A stretch of DNA of 64,000 nucleotides from Desulfomonilia bacterium (GTDB lineage: Bacteria > Desulfobacterota > Desulfomonilia > UBA1062). This document shows, one piece after another, positions 53,666 to 64,000 of the stretch. The stretch's first letter is position 1. Every line of letters starts with the position of its first letter. The translations under genes were made by a program, and so were the position numbers. A model generated the notes under the pieces. It ran no database searches. It was not told where the DNA came from and worked only from the letters and a program-made list of their open reading frames with translations. The stretch spans positions 64,001 to 128,000 of the forward strand of contig JBEKDT010000004.1 of the NCBI GenBank assembly GCA_050014195.1. Reading direction: 5' to 3'.

Positions 53666-54412
53666 ATGAAGGTCGTATTCCATGAAGACTTCTACAAGGT
53701 GTACACCTCGGACCCTGCGGCGGAGGATGGGAGGATAGAGGCGGTCATGGAGGTGATCGGCGGCAAGGTGGATCTGGTTACCGCCCTAAATGCACAGATA
53801 GAAGATATCGAGGCAGTGCATACAAAAGCCCATATCGATCGTATTAAGAACATGGGCCTCCACGAAATAGCCTCTCTGGCCGCAGGCGGGGCCATCCAGG
53901 CAGCAGAGATGGGGCTTACTGAGCCGTGCTTCGGATTGATCAGACCACCGGGCCACCATGCATCCTCGGATTCAGCCTGGGGCTTTTGCTTCTACAGTAA
54001 TATGGCCATCGCCATGGACCACCTGAAGCGGAAAGGGGCCATAAAGAGCGCCTATGTCCTTGACTTCGACCTGCATTACGGCGACGGCACGGTCAACATC
54101 CTGGGTAAGAAGGGGTATGTGCAAATCCACAATCCCAAATCCTCTGAACGCAAATCCTATCTTAAAGAGGTTGCAGGCGAGCTGGAAAGTTTCAAGGCCG
54201 ACATCATCGGCATCTCGGCAGGCTTCGATAATCACGAGGAGGACTGGGGCGGGGTCTTGAGCACCGATGATTACCGGCAGATCGGCAGGCTCGTGAGAGA
54301 GACCGCGAATCGCACCGGAGCAGGGTTCTTCGCCATCCTGGAGGGCGGCTACAACCACCGGGTCCTCGGGCACAATGCGTGGGCGCTCATGCAGGGAATG
54401 GAGGGGGTCTAG
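53666..54412 (+). CDS. Histone deacetylase family protein
   Basis: RPPGHHA, GFC, DFDLHYGDGT, SAGFD, LEGGY. Confidence 0.92.
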   Translation: MKVVFHEDFYKVYTSDPAAEDGRIEAVMEVIGGKVDLVTALNAQIEDIEAVHTKAHIDRIKNMGLHEIASLAAGGAIQAAEMGLTEPCFGLIRPPGHHASSDSAWGFCFYSNMAIAMDHLKRKGAIKSAYVLDFDLHYGDGTVNILGKKGYVQIHNPKSSERKSYLKEVAGELESFKADIIGISAGFDNHEEDWGGVLSTDDYRQIGRLVRETANRTGAGFFAILEGGYNHRVLGHNAWALMQGMEGV

Positions 54413-54490
54413 TCACTAGTCACTAAAAAAATATGATTCATCACAGTAAAGCATACTCGGATCATTGAGGAGCACACAGAGGGATATCTA

Positions 54491-54913
54491 ACCACGAAGA
54501 GCACGAAGGATGAAATTTTTTGAACTCTCGAAACGGGACATTGGCTGTGCCATCGAGGTACATCGTATTCTCGGCCCTGGTTTGCTGGAATCGACATACG
54601 AGCAGTGCCTGGCACATGAGCTCCATCGGGCTGGAATAGCTTTCAAACTGCAACATCCATTGCCTGTGGAGTACAAGGGAACGAGAATGGACTGCGGCTA
54701 AAAGAGTTGATGTGCTGGTAAATGACGAGCTGATCTTAGAACTGAAGAGTTTCGAGGAGGTTAAGGGCATCCACGAGGCCCAGTTGCTTACGTATATGAA
54801 GTTGGCAGGTGTTAAGACAGGCCTGCTGATCAACTTCAATGTGAAGGTGCTTCGGACAGGCGTTAAGCGTTTTGTCTTATGATTTTCTTCGTGCTCTTCG
54901 TGTCCTTCGTGGT
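54491..54913. repeat. Inverted 9-mer tandem repeats bracketing the GxxExxY gene
   Basis: accacgaagagcacgaagg (54491-54509) vs cttcgtgctcttcgtgtccttcgtggt (54887-54913). Confidence 0.85.
54510..54882 (+). pseudogene. GxxExxY protein, frameshifted at ~54699
   Basis: GCAIEVHRILGPGLLESTYE...YKGTRMDCG*, then +1 frame RVDVLVNDELILELKS...HEAQLLTYMKLAG...GLLINFN...KRFVL*. Confidence 0.88.
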
Positions 54914-55093
54914 GAGAACAATGAGCTGGAAGAATGAGGCAAACCATAAAAGTATGCTTCACAGAGAAGAACCAAAAATATACAGGCTCATTTGCGTTGA
55001 GAGCTCGTTGTTGTGGTAAACTATTACATGAGCAACAACGATAAGGTTATTCAGAAATGCCTGAGACGAGATGATCATGCGAGGAGGCAATAG

Positions 55094-56659
55094 ATGAAGG
55101 TCAGTACGGTTTCCGAGATGAGGGCTTTTGACAAGGCTGCAATTGTTCGATTCGGCATCCCCGAGGTGTTGCTCATGGAGAATGCAGGCCTTGCCTCGTA
55201 TGAAGTCCTGATGAGGGAATTAGGTATTGCAGGCAAGTCCTTCGTGGTGCTCTCAGGCATCGGAAACAATGGCGGCGACGGGTTTGTCACGGCTCGGAAG
55301 ATCCATTCCGCAGGAGGTAATGTCAAGGTCTTCATCCTGGGAGAGGCCGGTAAGTTCAAGGGCTCAGCCCTCATCAACCTCGAAGCAATCAGAAAAATCC
55401 CCATCGAGATCCATGAGATCGCGGCGGCAAAGGGCATCAAAAAGGATATCGCCCGTTGCGACATAATCATTGACGCCATCTTCGGCACCGGCCTGACACG
55501 CAATGTGGAAGGGCTCCATAGAGAGGTCATCGAACTGATAAACTCAAGCAATAAGACCGTCCTCAGCCTTGACATCCCATCCGGCATAAACGGCGACACA
55601 GGCCGGGTCATGGGTTGTGCCGTACATGCGGATTATACCATCACTTTCGGCCTTCCCAAGGTCGGTAACCTCCTCAATGCCGGATCTCATTACTGCGGCC
55701 GCCTCTTTGTCACCCATATCTCTTTCCCGCCGGCCTTGTACAATTCCGAATCCATCAAGCTCGCCCTCAACGACCCCCCTGCACTTCCGCCAAGGGACCC
55801 CGACGGACATAAAGGCGACTTCGGAGAGGCGCTCTTTATTGCAGGGGCCAGGGGATACTATGGCGCCCCGTATTTTGCAGCGCTCTCGTTCATGAAGGCA
55901 GGAGGAGGGTATTCACGGCTTGCAGCACCCGAATCCATAACACCTTTTATTGCCTCCAAGGGCAGCGAGATCGTGTTTATCCCCCAGGTGGAGACCGGTT
56001 CCGGCAGTATCTCACTGAAGAATAAAACCGGACTTCTGGAACTCTCTGAAAAGATGGACTTCGTTGTCCTTGGCCCGGGGTTGTCGCTGAACGAGGAGAC
56101 TGCCGCGCTTGCACGCGGGCTGGCACAGAGGATAAAAAGGCCGCTGCTCATCGACGGTGACGGTATCACCTCCGTTAGCAGAGACCTCACCTGTATCAAA
56201 AAAAGAAAGGCGCCCACCATACTCACCCCGCACCTTGGCGAGATGGCAAGAATAACCGGAAGACCGGTTAAGGATATTGATGCCGACAAGATCGGGACCC
56301 TCAGGGAAGCTGCAGCCGGCCTCAATGCCGTCATCGTGCTCAAGGGTGCCCGCACGCTCATTGGATATCCGGATGGGAAGGTCTTCATCAATATGAGCGG
56401 CAACTCCGGAATGGCCACTGCCGGATCGGGTGACGTGCTCACCGGGACCATTGCAGCCATGTACGGTCTTGGTTTGCCCCTTGAGGATGCAGTGCGCAAG
56501 GGGGTCTTCATCCATGGTGCTTCAGGGGATCTGGCGGCCCGCGATAAAGGTGAAGACGGCATAACAGCCCAGGACATCCTTGATTATCTACCCTCTGCCA
56601 TGGTGCAGGACCGGCAGGGAGTCCTCCTTAAACGATACGGCTTACCGGTCATATTCTGA
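55094..56659 (+). CDS. nnr: Bifunctional NAD(P)HX epimerase/dehydratase
   Basis: LMENAG, GNNGGDG, DAIFGTG, DIPSG, HKGDFG, LTPHLGEM, MATAGSGDVL. Confidence 0.93.
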   Translation: MKVSTVSEMRAFDKAAIVRFGIPEVLLMENAGLASYEVLMRELGIAGKSFVVLSGIGNNGGDGFVTARKIHSAGGNVKVFILGEAGKFKGSALINLEAIRKIPIEIHEIAAAKGIKKDIARCDIIIDAIFGTGLTRNVEGLHREVIELINSSNKTVLSLDIPSGINGDTGRVMGCAVHADYTITFGLPKVGNLLNAGSHYCGRLFVTHISFPPALYNSESIKLALNDPPALPPRDPDGHKGDFGEALFIAGARGYYGAPYFAALSFMKAGGGYSRLAAPESITPFIASKGSEIVFIPQVETGSGSISLKNKTGLLELSEKMDFVVLGPGLSLNEETAALARGLAQRIKRPLLIDGDGITSVSRDLTCIKKRKAPTILTPHLGEMARITGRPVKDIDADKIGTLREAAAGLNAVIVLKGARTLIGYPDGKVFINMSGNSGMATAGSGDVLTGTIAAMYGLGLPLEDAVRKGVFIHGASGDLAARDKGEDGITAQDILDYLPSAMVQDRQGVLLKRYGLPVIF

Positions 56660-57015
56660 GTAATTAATATTGAATTGCCGGGAATTAACCGGATTCTTAG
56701 CCTTTTTAGGGTATGACACAGAGGGAGTGTTCTCTCCTCCCTCTTTCATGATATTCATATTGAGAAGTACCCTTAACAAATTTTTATTCCCCCTGTTAAG
56801 TTTATTTCAGATCGCGCCGATATACTTACTAGCCAGAAAGAGTCAACACTCTCTTCGTAACTGCCAGGCCTTGTTAGCTTGGCATTTTTTTTACCCTCAT
56901 GGATGGATTTTATGTTTTTCACTATCAATCATGTCCTGTGGTATGTAAGAAAAATAGGTACAGGTTCAGGACATAGGTAACAGATGAGGTTCAAGACATG
57001 GGTTACACTTTCTGA

Positions 57016-60000
57016 TCACTGGTCACTATCCAAAATCTCCCTGACCTTCTTCGAAAGCTCGGCCATACTGAAGGGCTTCTGGATGAAACCTTTGCAGCCG
57101 CTTTGCATGATTTCCTTGGCCTGGCCGTCAAGACTGTAACCGCTTGAGAGCAGCACCCTCACTGCCGGGTTTATACGGCGCAGGGTGTCAAAGGTTTCCT
57201 TACCGCCGAAATCAGGCATGATAATGTCGAGGACCACAAGGTCGATCTTGTCCATATTCTGCTCATAAATCAGTAAACCTTGTCTCCCACCCGGAGCAGG
57301 CATCACCTGATAACCGAGACTTTCGAGCATTCTGGAGCCGACATCCAGGATCATTTCCTCATCATCGATGAGCAGCACGGCCTCTTGTCCCTTCATGATC
57401 TCGTCTTTTGTCCCGAGCTCTTCTTGCACATGCTTTTCTGAAGCAGGGAGGTAGATCATGAAGGAAGTACCAAAGTCTTTTTCACTATCCACATGGATGA
57501 ATCCGCCGTGATTCTTGATAATACCATACGCGGAGGCCAGCCCAAGGCCGGTTCCGCGTCCGCGCTCCTTGGTGGTGAAAAACGGCTCGAATATCCTTGA
57601 TTTTACCGACTCGTCCATTCCGATGCCCGTATCCGTGACAGTCACCTTCACGAATCTACCCGGGTTGATGTCGTAGGGACTCACATCAACCTTGTCCAGG
57701 TCGATATTTTCAACCGAAAGATACAGGTCACCCCCGCCCGGCATAGCCTGCCACGCATTTACGAACAGATTGAGCAGTACCTGCTCCATCTGCCCCCTAT
57801 CCACTTCTACTGACCAAAGTCCTTCGGCGATCTTGTGGTGTATCCGTATCTCCTTCTTGGTCCTGCCGAACAGCTCGGAGCTCTTGTGGATGAATTCCCC
57901 GAGATGGGTGGGTTTGACCTCGTACTTGCCTCCACGGGCAAAGCCCAGGAGCTGTTTGCTGAGGTCGGAGCCCCGTTGTACGTATTCCTCAACGCTCTTG
58001 AGTCGGTCAAAGAACGGATGAGACTCGTCACAATGCATGAGCATGAGGGATACATTACCAAGTATACCCATGAGCAGATTGTTAAAGTCATGGGCAATAC
58101 CCCCGGCAAGAGTTCCGACAGCCTCCATCTTCTGTGCACGCATGAGCTGCTGTTCCAGGTTCTTCTGATCGGTGATGTCGATGAGGAAGCCCCTCAAGCC
58201 TGCGGGTTTGCCATTGCGGTAGATGACCGTGGAGTGCACCAGTGCAGGGAAAGTGCTGCCGTCCTTTCTCCGTGCCTCATACTCATTGAGGCCAAGCCGC
58301 TCACCCTGCAAGACCCTCTGGTAGTTCATGATCAGACGATCACGATCCTCCAAGGCGAATGCATCCATGACATTCATGCCTTTATCCACTTCTGCCTGAG
58401 TGAACCCGAACTGCTTCAAGGAACTCTGATTCACAAAGGTCACTATCCCATTCTCATCAGTCTCAAATACCGTCTCTGGAAGCAGATTCGCTATGTCCCG
58501 GAATCTTTCTTCGCTCCGCTTGAGCGACTCTTCCGCCTGTTTGCGGTCGGTCATGTCGATGATGGACGCCACGCTGTCCCTGGTGCCCGGGATTATGGCC
58601 ACGCTCATGAAGAGGTTCCGGATCTCCCCCGAGCGGACCTTCACTTTGAATTCATACGAACTGGGGGCTGAACCGGGGTCGCCCCTCCTCTTCATGTGGT
58701 ACTGCTTCATCATCTCGAGTTCTTCTTTCATCACGAAATGGGTCCAGCTCATCTTGTTCTCCACTTCCTGCCTGGAATATCCCGTGAGCTTCTCGAAGTT
58801 GGAATTCACGAGCAGTATTGTGGTGCCCTCGGTCACGATCATATTGGCTGTCGCAGTGCTCTCGAATATGGTCCGGTACCGCTCCTCACTCTGCTTGAGG
58901 GCATCTTCCATCTGTTTGCGTTCGGTCATGTCGATGAGGGACACTACACTGTCCCTGGTGCCGGGTATCATAGCCACACTTGCGAAGAAGTCCCGAACCT
59001 CCCCCGATCGGATCCTTCCTCTGAATTCATACATCCTGGGGGTTGAACCGGCCTCGACCCTCCGCTTCATGTGGTATTGCTTCATCTTCTCGAGATCTTC
59101 TTCCACCACAAAATGGGTCCAGCTCATCTTGTTCTCCACTTCCTGCTTGGAATATCCGTTCAGCTTAACGAAGTTTGAATTCACCAGCAGTATTGTGGTG
59201 TCCTCAGCCAAGATCATATTGGATGTCGCAGTGCTCTCGAATATGGTCCGGTACCGCTCCTCACTCTTTTTTATGGCCTCTTCGGACTCTTTCCGGTCGG
59301 AGATGTCGGTCTGGGTGCCTATTATCCGCAGCGGCCTTCCATCCTCGGACCACCTTATGACCTTGCCGCGTTCCAGGATCCATTTATACATCCCGTCCTT
59401 GCATTTGATCCTGTGCTCGCTCGTATAGATGGGCATCTCACCTTTCAGATGCCGGATAAGATTCTCTTGGGACTGCTGCCGATCATCCGGGTGGACCAGA
59501 TTCGTCCACTCATCCTGATCGTCGGTGATCTCATCCTCCGTATAGCCGAGCATCTCCTTCCAGCGCCTGGAGCGGTAAACTTTTCTGTTTGGGACATCAA
59601 AATCCCATACCCCGTCGCCCGCGCCCTCCAGGGCGAACTGCCACCGTTCTTCACTCTCACGCAAGGCCTCTTCCACCTTCTTGCGCTCGCTTATATCCCG
59701 GGTGGTCCCCAGAATACCCGTCGGATTACCGGCTTCATCATACAGGATATTAATCTTCACCTCTGTCCATACAGTGGATCCATCCTTGCAGAGCATCTCG
59801 AGCTCGATGCTCTTCGTCCACTCTCTGCCGTGCATCTGTCCGCCGAACTCCAGCAAACGCTCCTGTGTAAAGAGATCGACTACTTTCTGGTAGGATTCGG
59901 GCGTAAGAGTATGCTCCATGGCATGCGTCATAACTTCTTCAGGGGTGTATCCCCTGAGCTCCATGACAGAAGGGCTCACATAGACATAGTGCAAGGCGGG

Positions 60001-61665
60001 GTCGAGAACCCAAATAACATCCCGCAAGTTCTCGGCAAGCAGCCTGTAGCGTTTCTCGCTTTCCTTGATAGCATGTTCCGCCTGGATCCTTTCCGTGATG
60101 TCTCTTCCTATGCCCCGAAAGCCTGCTGCCTCTCCCGATGGCCCATACATCAGAGATATGGACGCCTCGATGACCCTTTTATCCCCATCCTTTCTCATTA
60201 TTTCATAATCCACCATGGTATTTGATATGCCGGTCCTGAGTATCTCGTCGAAAATCTGGGATGCCTTTTCGGCAGACTCCGGTGTGCTATAGACCTTGTA
60301 ATTCATTCCCATGAGCTCTTGCCGGGAATAGCCGAGGACTTTGCTCAGGGAATCGTTGAAAAAGGTGAAGCTGCCCTTGAGGTCCAATTCGAAATATGCC
60401 TCATCAATGTTCTCCAGGATAGTGCGGTACTTCTCTTCGCTCTCCCGAAGGGCCTCCTCGGCCCGTTTACGCTCGGTAATATCCCGGACAACCCCCCTGA
60501 AACCAATCGGATCTCCGTCGGCATTGCGCCTCAGGGATACCGAAGCCTCTACGAAGATCCTACGGCCTCTCTTGTCCTTCAGCTCCCAGTCGACCAGGGA
60601 GATCGGCTTACCTGAGAGAAAGACGCTATGGTAAGCATTGAACACCTTCCTGGCATTCTCCTCATCCATATACTTGCGAAAATTCATTCCATTGAGTTCA
60701 TTTATGGTATAGCCGAGTCGATTCAGAGTCTTGGAATTGAAGAAGGTGAAGTTGCCCTTGAGGTCCACCTCGTAATATGCCTCTTCCATATTTTCGAGGA
60801 TACTCCTGTAGCTCTCCTCGCTTTCACACATGGCCTCCTCTGCGCGCTTACGCTCGGTGATATCCATACAGGAGGCCACGCTATCTTTGGTACCTGGAAT
60901 CAGGGCTAAAGTCAGAAAGATGTCTTTCATCTCTCCAAAGCGATTCTTGAACCTGAACTCATAGGAATTTGGGGCCGAATTCGAGTCAATCCTGCGCTGA
61001 ACATGGTAGCGCTTCATCATCTCAAGGTCTTCATCCGCAATAAAGACAGTCCAGCTCATCTTCCCTTCCATCTCTTGCCTTGAATAACCGGAAAGCTTCT
61101 CGAAATTGGAGTTCGCGAGCAGTATTGTCGTGTCCTCTCCAATGAGTATGGATGCGTTGCCTGTATTCTCGAAGATGGTGCGGTAGCGTTCCCCGATCTT
61201 CTTCAGTTGTTCTTGGGCCACCTTCCACCCCGTGATGTCACGGGCTATGCCCTGGATGGCATAGGGTTCTCCTCCCCGGTAGATGACCGAGGACCTCGTC
61301 TCCAGCCAGAGGAAGCTGCCATCTTTACGGCGAACCATGTACTCGCTGGACCCCTTCTGGGAACCTGTTTGCTTAAGTTCTTTTACGATGTTAAGCCCAA
61401 TGGGCATCTGATCGTCTGTGAGCAGGGTTCTCAATGTGAGGTTGGGCACCTCGTCTCTTGAATATCCCAGCATGGTGAGGGCGGAATTGCTGAGATCAAG
61501 GACCTTGCCTTCAAAGTCATGGACATAGATGATATCAAAAGAACGCTCAAAGAATGCCTGGTAGCGCTCCTCACTCTCCCTGGCGGTTTCCTTGGTGAGG
61601 AGATATTCCTGCTCCAGATCTTTGAACTTTTTTTCCAGTTCCTCATAGCTCGGCCGGTCGTTCAT
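57016..61665 (-). CDS. Cytoplasmic hybrid histidine kinase with nine PAS domains and C-terminal REC
   Basis: Nine E(R/K/S)(Y/W/F)-type...D(I/M)(T/S) PAS units, AGGIAHDFNNLL, FEPFFTTK, GTGLGL, REC; ATG 61665 follows an AAGGAGAAGG SD. Confidence 0.93.
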   Translation of the reverse strand: MNDRPSYEELEKKFKDLEQEYLLTKETARESEERYQAFFERSFDIIYVHDFEGKVLDLSNSALTMLGYSRDEVPNLTLRTLLTDDQMPIGLNIVKELKQTGSQKGSSEYMVRRKDGSFLWLETRSSVIYRGGEPYAIQGIARDITGWKVAQEQLKKIGERYRTIFENTGNASILIGEDTTILLANSNFEKLSGYSRQEMEGKMSWTVFIADEDLEMMKRYHVQRRIDSNSAPNSYEFRFKNRFGEMKDIFLTLALIPGTKDSVASCMDITERKRAEEAMCESEESYRSILENMEEAYYEVDLKGNFTFFNSKTLNRLGYTINELNGMNFRKYMDEENARKVFNAYHSVFLSGKPISLVDWELKDKRGRRIFVEASVSLRRNADGDPIGFRGVVRDITERKRAEEALRESEEKYRTILENIDEAYFELDLKGSFTFFNDSLSKVLGYSRQELMGMNYKVYSTPESAEKASQIFDEILRTGISNTMVDYEIMRKDGDKRVIEASISLMYGPSGEAAGFRGIGRDITERIQAEHAIKESEKRYRLLAENLRDVIWVLDPALHYVYVSPSVMELRGYTPEEVMTHAMEHTLTPESYQKVVDLFTQERLLEFGGQMHGREWTKSIELEMLCKDGSTVWTEVKINILYDEAGNPTGILGTTRDISERKKVEEALRESEERWQFALEGAGDGVWDFDVPNRKVYRSRRWKEMLGYTEDEITDDQDEWTNLVHPDDRQQSQENLIRHLKGEMPIYTSEHRIKCKDGMYKWILERGKVIRWSEDGRPLRIIGTQTDISDRKESEEAIKKSEERYRTIFESTATSNMILAEDTTILLVNSNFVKLNGYSKQEVENKMSWTHFVVEEDLEKMKQYHMKRRVEAGSTPRMYEFRGRIRSGEVRDFFASVAMIPGTRDSVVSLIDMTERKQMEDALKQSEERYRTIFESTATANMIVTEGTTILLVNSNFEKLTGYSRQEVENKMSWTHFVMKEELEMMKQYHMKRRGDPGSAPSSYEFKVKVRSGEIRNLFMSVAIIPGTRDSVASIIDMTDRKQAEESLKRSEERFRDIANLLPETVFETDENGIVTFVNQSSLKQFGFTQAEVDKGMNVMDAFALEDRDRLIMNYQRVLQGERLGLNEYEARRKDGSTFPALVHSTVIYRNGKPAGLRGFLIDITDQKNLEQQLMRAQKMEAVGTLAGGIAHDFNNLLMGILGNVSLMLMHCDESHPFFDRLKSVEEYVQRGSDLSKQLLGFARGGKYEVKPTHLGEFIHKSSELFGRTKKEIRIHHKIAEGLWSVEVDRGQMEQVLLNLFVNAWQAMPGGGDLYLSVENIDLDKVDVSPYDINPGRFVKVTVTDTGIGMDESVKSRIFEPFFTTKERGRGTGLGLASAYGIIKNHGGFIHVDSEKDFGTSFMIYLPASEKHVQEELGTKDEIMKGQEAVLLIDDEEMILDVGSRMLESLGYQVMPAPGGRQGLLIYEQNMDKIDLVVLDIIMPDFGGKETFDTLRRINPAVRVLLSSGYSLDGQAKEIMQSGCKGFIQKPFSMAELSKKVREILDSDQ

Positions 61666-61830
61666 CACCTTCTCCTTCTGAAAGAGATACGGGCCTCTTT
61701 TTCCCATACCTCGTCCGGCAAGATACACGAGTACCTTTTGTAAATACTTTATCGGTAAATTGCCCTGCCGATACTTAGCATCTCATGATGAATTGGTAAT
61801 ATTGATTGTTGAGGGCTACTTATGTGAAAA

Positions 61831-63666
61831 TCAGCTGCCCCACAGGAGGCTGTTCAGGCCGGAGCTTCGCTGTGTCCGTCTGGCAACCGCGGCAGAGAAG
61901 ACCACATCGCTTGCCCATATCTCGATTGCGTTCCTGGCCCGGGTGATGCCGGTGTAGACGAGCTCTCTGGTGAGGATGGGGGAATCTCGGTCGGGCAGCA
62001 CGAACAGGACTCGGTCGAACTCGGAGCCCTGGCTCTTGTGCACGGTCATGGCAAAGGCGGTCTCGTGCTCAGGCAGCCTCATGGGTGAGATCTTTCTGAC
62101 AGACCCGTCCTTGTCCGGGAAGCATGCGCGCAACGCTCCGTCATCGTTCAGAATGAGCCCGATATCACCGTTAAAGAGCCTCACCGTGTAATCGTTCTGT
62201 GTGATGAGCACCGGCCTGCCGTGGTAATGCGGCCCTCCTGGCTCCAGCAGACCGGCATCGCGGAGGATCCCTTCCGCCATACGGTTTATGGTCTTCACCC
62301 CATAAGGCCCTTCCCGAACAGGACAGAGTATGCGGAATGTATCGAAGAGCCTGAAGCGGTCATGGATGTCATCCGTGCTGAGATAACCTTTATAGCCCTT
62401 GAGCAAACTATCCTGTAATTTATCCCGAAGCTTTTCAGGCCTGGGCAGGTCATGGTATCCAAGCTCAGGGCCCGGGCCGGACCCAAGTATCTCAAGGCAA
62501 TGCCCGGCGTCGCCGGCATTCACTGCCGTGCTTAAACGATAGATGGGGCTGTCACCGGCAAACCTGTAGGTCTTGGTGAGATCCACTAATGAGTCCTGCA
62601 TGCCGCTTGTTTCGCTGCTTGTGACGGCCACACCGGTAATCTCTTCAATCAGGGATGCAAAGGCCCTTGAATATTCATGGGTACCGCCTACATCACAGAT
62701 ATCACCGAGCACATAGCCTGCCTGAACGGATGCGAGCTGGTTCTTGTCGCCCAGGAGGATTAGTCGAGCCCCGACCTTGAGGGCCTGCACGAGGTTGGAC
62801 ATGAGGGCCAGGTCCGCCATGGACGCCTCATCGATGACCACCACGTCCGCCCTCAGCGGATTGTCAGCCGAATTGCGGGGCCGTGAAGACCCTGGTGCGA
62901 AGCCGAGGAGCCGGTGGATTGTGGAGGCTTCATGAGGGATCATGGCCTTGACATCAGGGGTACAGTCGAGCAGGCTCAGCCCGCGCTGAATAGACTCCTC
63001 AATCCTGCGGGCGGCCTTGCCCGTGGGCGCCGCCAATGCGATCTTCAAGTTCGGCTCCTGTTCGAGGATCAGGGCCAGGATCTTGCACACAAGGGTGGTC
63101 TTGCCCGTGCCGGGTCCGCCGGTTATCACGCATAATGACCGGGTCACGGCGATCAGTGCGGCTATTTTCTGCGGGATGTTCACATCCGTATCATCAGGGA
63201 ACAGGCAGATCGTGCCGTCGCGCAGCAGTGCCTGATCAAAGGGTTTCTCCCGGGCATTCAGGTCCAGCAGGGCCCTGGCCAGCCTCTGCTCGTTCTCATA
63301 AGAACGGTAGAGGTAAAGCCTGCCGGCCTCATCCAGGATCAGCGGACGATACTCCCCTGGGCTTCCTACCACCGGCTCTGATCTGAGAGCTGCCATCCAT
63401 GCTTCAGGAGAAGGCAGATCCGTGATAAGGGCCTTGTCATCCCCTTCGGCAAGCGATGCCAGGGGGTTATTCAAATCCATGCAGGTGTGCCCTTCCCTGC
63501 CGAGCCTGCTGACAAGCGCGGCTGCGAGGATGAGCTCAGGGCTGTTCGATCCTGAGAGCTGCATCATGAAACGGGCGAAATGCAGGTCAATCGGCTCGAA
63601 GACGTCCACGGACAGTATCAGAGCCTGATCAAGGTCTTGAAAAAAGCTTGCAGTATCATTTGCCAT
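61831..63666 (-). CDS. recD: Exodeoxyribonuclease V alpha subunit
   Basis: GGPGTGKT, APTGKAA, TIHRLL, DEASM, QLASV, TVHKSQGSEF, YTGITRA. Confidence 0.95.
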   Translation of the reverse strand: MANDTASFFQDLDQALILSVDVFEPIDLHFARFMMQLSGSNSPELILAAALVSRLGREGHTCMDLNNPLASLAEGDDKALITDLPSPEAWMAALRSEPVVGSPGEYRPLILDEAGRLYLYRSYENEQRLARALLDLNAREKPFDQALLRDGTICLFPDDTDVNIPQKIAALIAVTRSLCVITGGPGTGKTTLVCKILALILEQEPNLKIALAAPTGKAARRIEESIQRGLSLLDCTPDVKAMIPHEASTIHRLLGFAPGSSRPRNSADNPLRADVVVIDEASMADLALMSNLVQALKVGARLILLGDKNQLASVQAGYVLGDICDVGGTHEYSRAFASLIEEITGVAVTSSETSGMQDSLVDLTKTYRFAGDSPIYRLSTAVNAGDAGHCLEILGSGPGPELGYHDLPRPEKLRDKLQDSLLKGYKGYLSTDDIHDRFRLFDTFRILCPVREGPYGVKTINRMAEGILRDAGLLEPGGPHYHGRPVLITQNDYTVRLFNGDIGLILNDDGALRACFPDKDGSVRKISPMRLPEHETAFAMTVHKSQGSEFDRVLFVLPDRDSPILTRELVYTGITRARNAIEIWASDVVFSAAVARRTQRSSGLNSLLWGS

Positions 63667-63846
63667 TTATTTTGACCCTCTGTTCATATATAAATCTGCT
63701 TTTTAAATATGTTTCACTCTTCAATCAATGTCCATTCCCCCTCGCTTATCAACATCTAGTTCAGTCAATTTTCCTTCTTCATCAGGGGAAAGTTTAACTC
63801 TTTTACCCATCCCCCATGACATATATCTTCGCGCCAAAAGGCGCTC

Positions 63847-64000
63847 CTAAAGCCCCGTATCCAACAGAACATCGCACAGCCGCTCTACCGTCTCTTCATC
63901 CGGACGGGCGCGGAATATCCCGTACTCTGGGTCCATCTCCGGGTCCACGCCGCGCAAGTAAACATAGAAGACCCCGCCGAAGTGCTCGTCATACGAGTAC
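63847..64000 (-). CDS. recB: RecB C-terminal end (partial)
   Basis: Manual translation YSYDEHFGGVFYVYLRGVDPE...YGIFRARP...*, the typical RecB nuclease-domain end, upstream of recD. Confidence 0.85.
   Translation of the reverse strand, partial: YSYDEHFGGVFYVYLRGVDPEMDPEYGIFRARPDEETVERLCDVLLDTGL

Overview
Chromosomal window from an anaerobic bacterium, probably Desulfobacterota/deltaproteobacterial (judged by eye from the 16S sequence and gene content). It holds a complete minus-strand rRNA operon (16S-tRNA-Ile-tRNA-Ala-23S-5S) and mostly metabolic or housekeeping genes: fliS, maf, glpK, mlaE, an aldehyde:ferredoxin oxidoreductase, an SCP2-fused glycyl radical enzyme, acyl-CoA enzymes, a porin, prc, galE, metF, pfk, nnr, a 9-PAS hybrid kinase, recD and the end of recB. 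The standout is an AT-rich island (~700-5160) between a thiolase gene and the rRNA terminator. It carries a tightly packed set of genes: DUF6119/TIGR04141-like protein, stand-alone colicin-E3-type rRNase, small acidic partner with an 'IAAR' linker, and an ImmA/IrrE metallopeptidase. This looks like a protease-controlled toxin-antitoxin or abortive-infection module (inference). The island's left side has repeated GTCCCC motifs and a possible Y1 (RAYT-like) transposase tail. Other notable items are structured intergenic repeats, a frameshifted GxxExxY gene inside inverted 9-mer repeats, a cutA gene with no canonical start codon, and recognisable sigma70, sigma54 and sigma28 promoters. All family calls come from motif recognition; no database searches were run.
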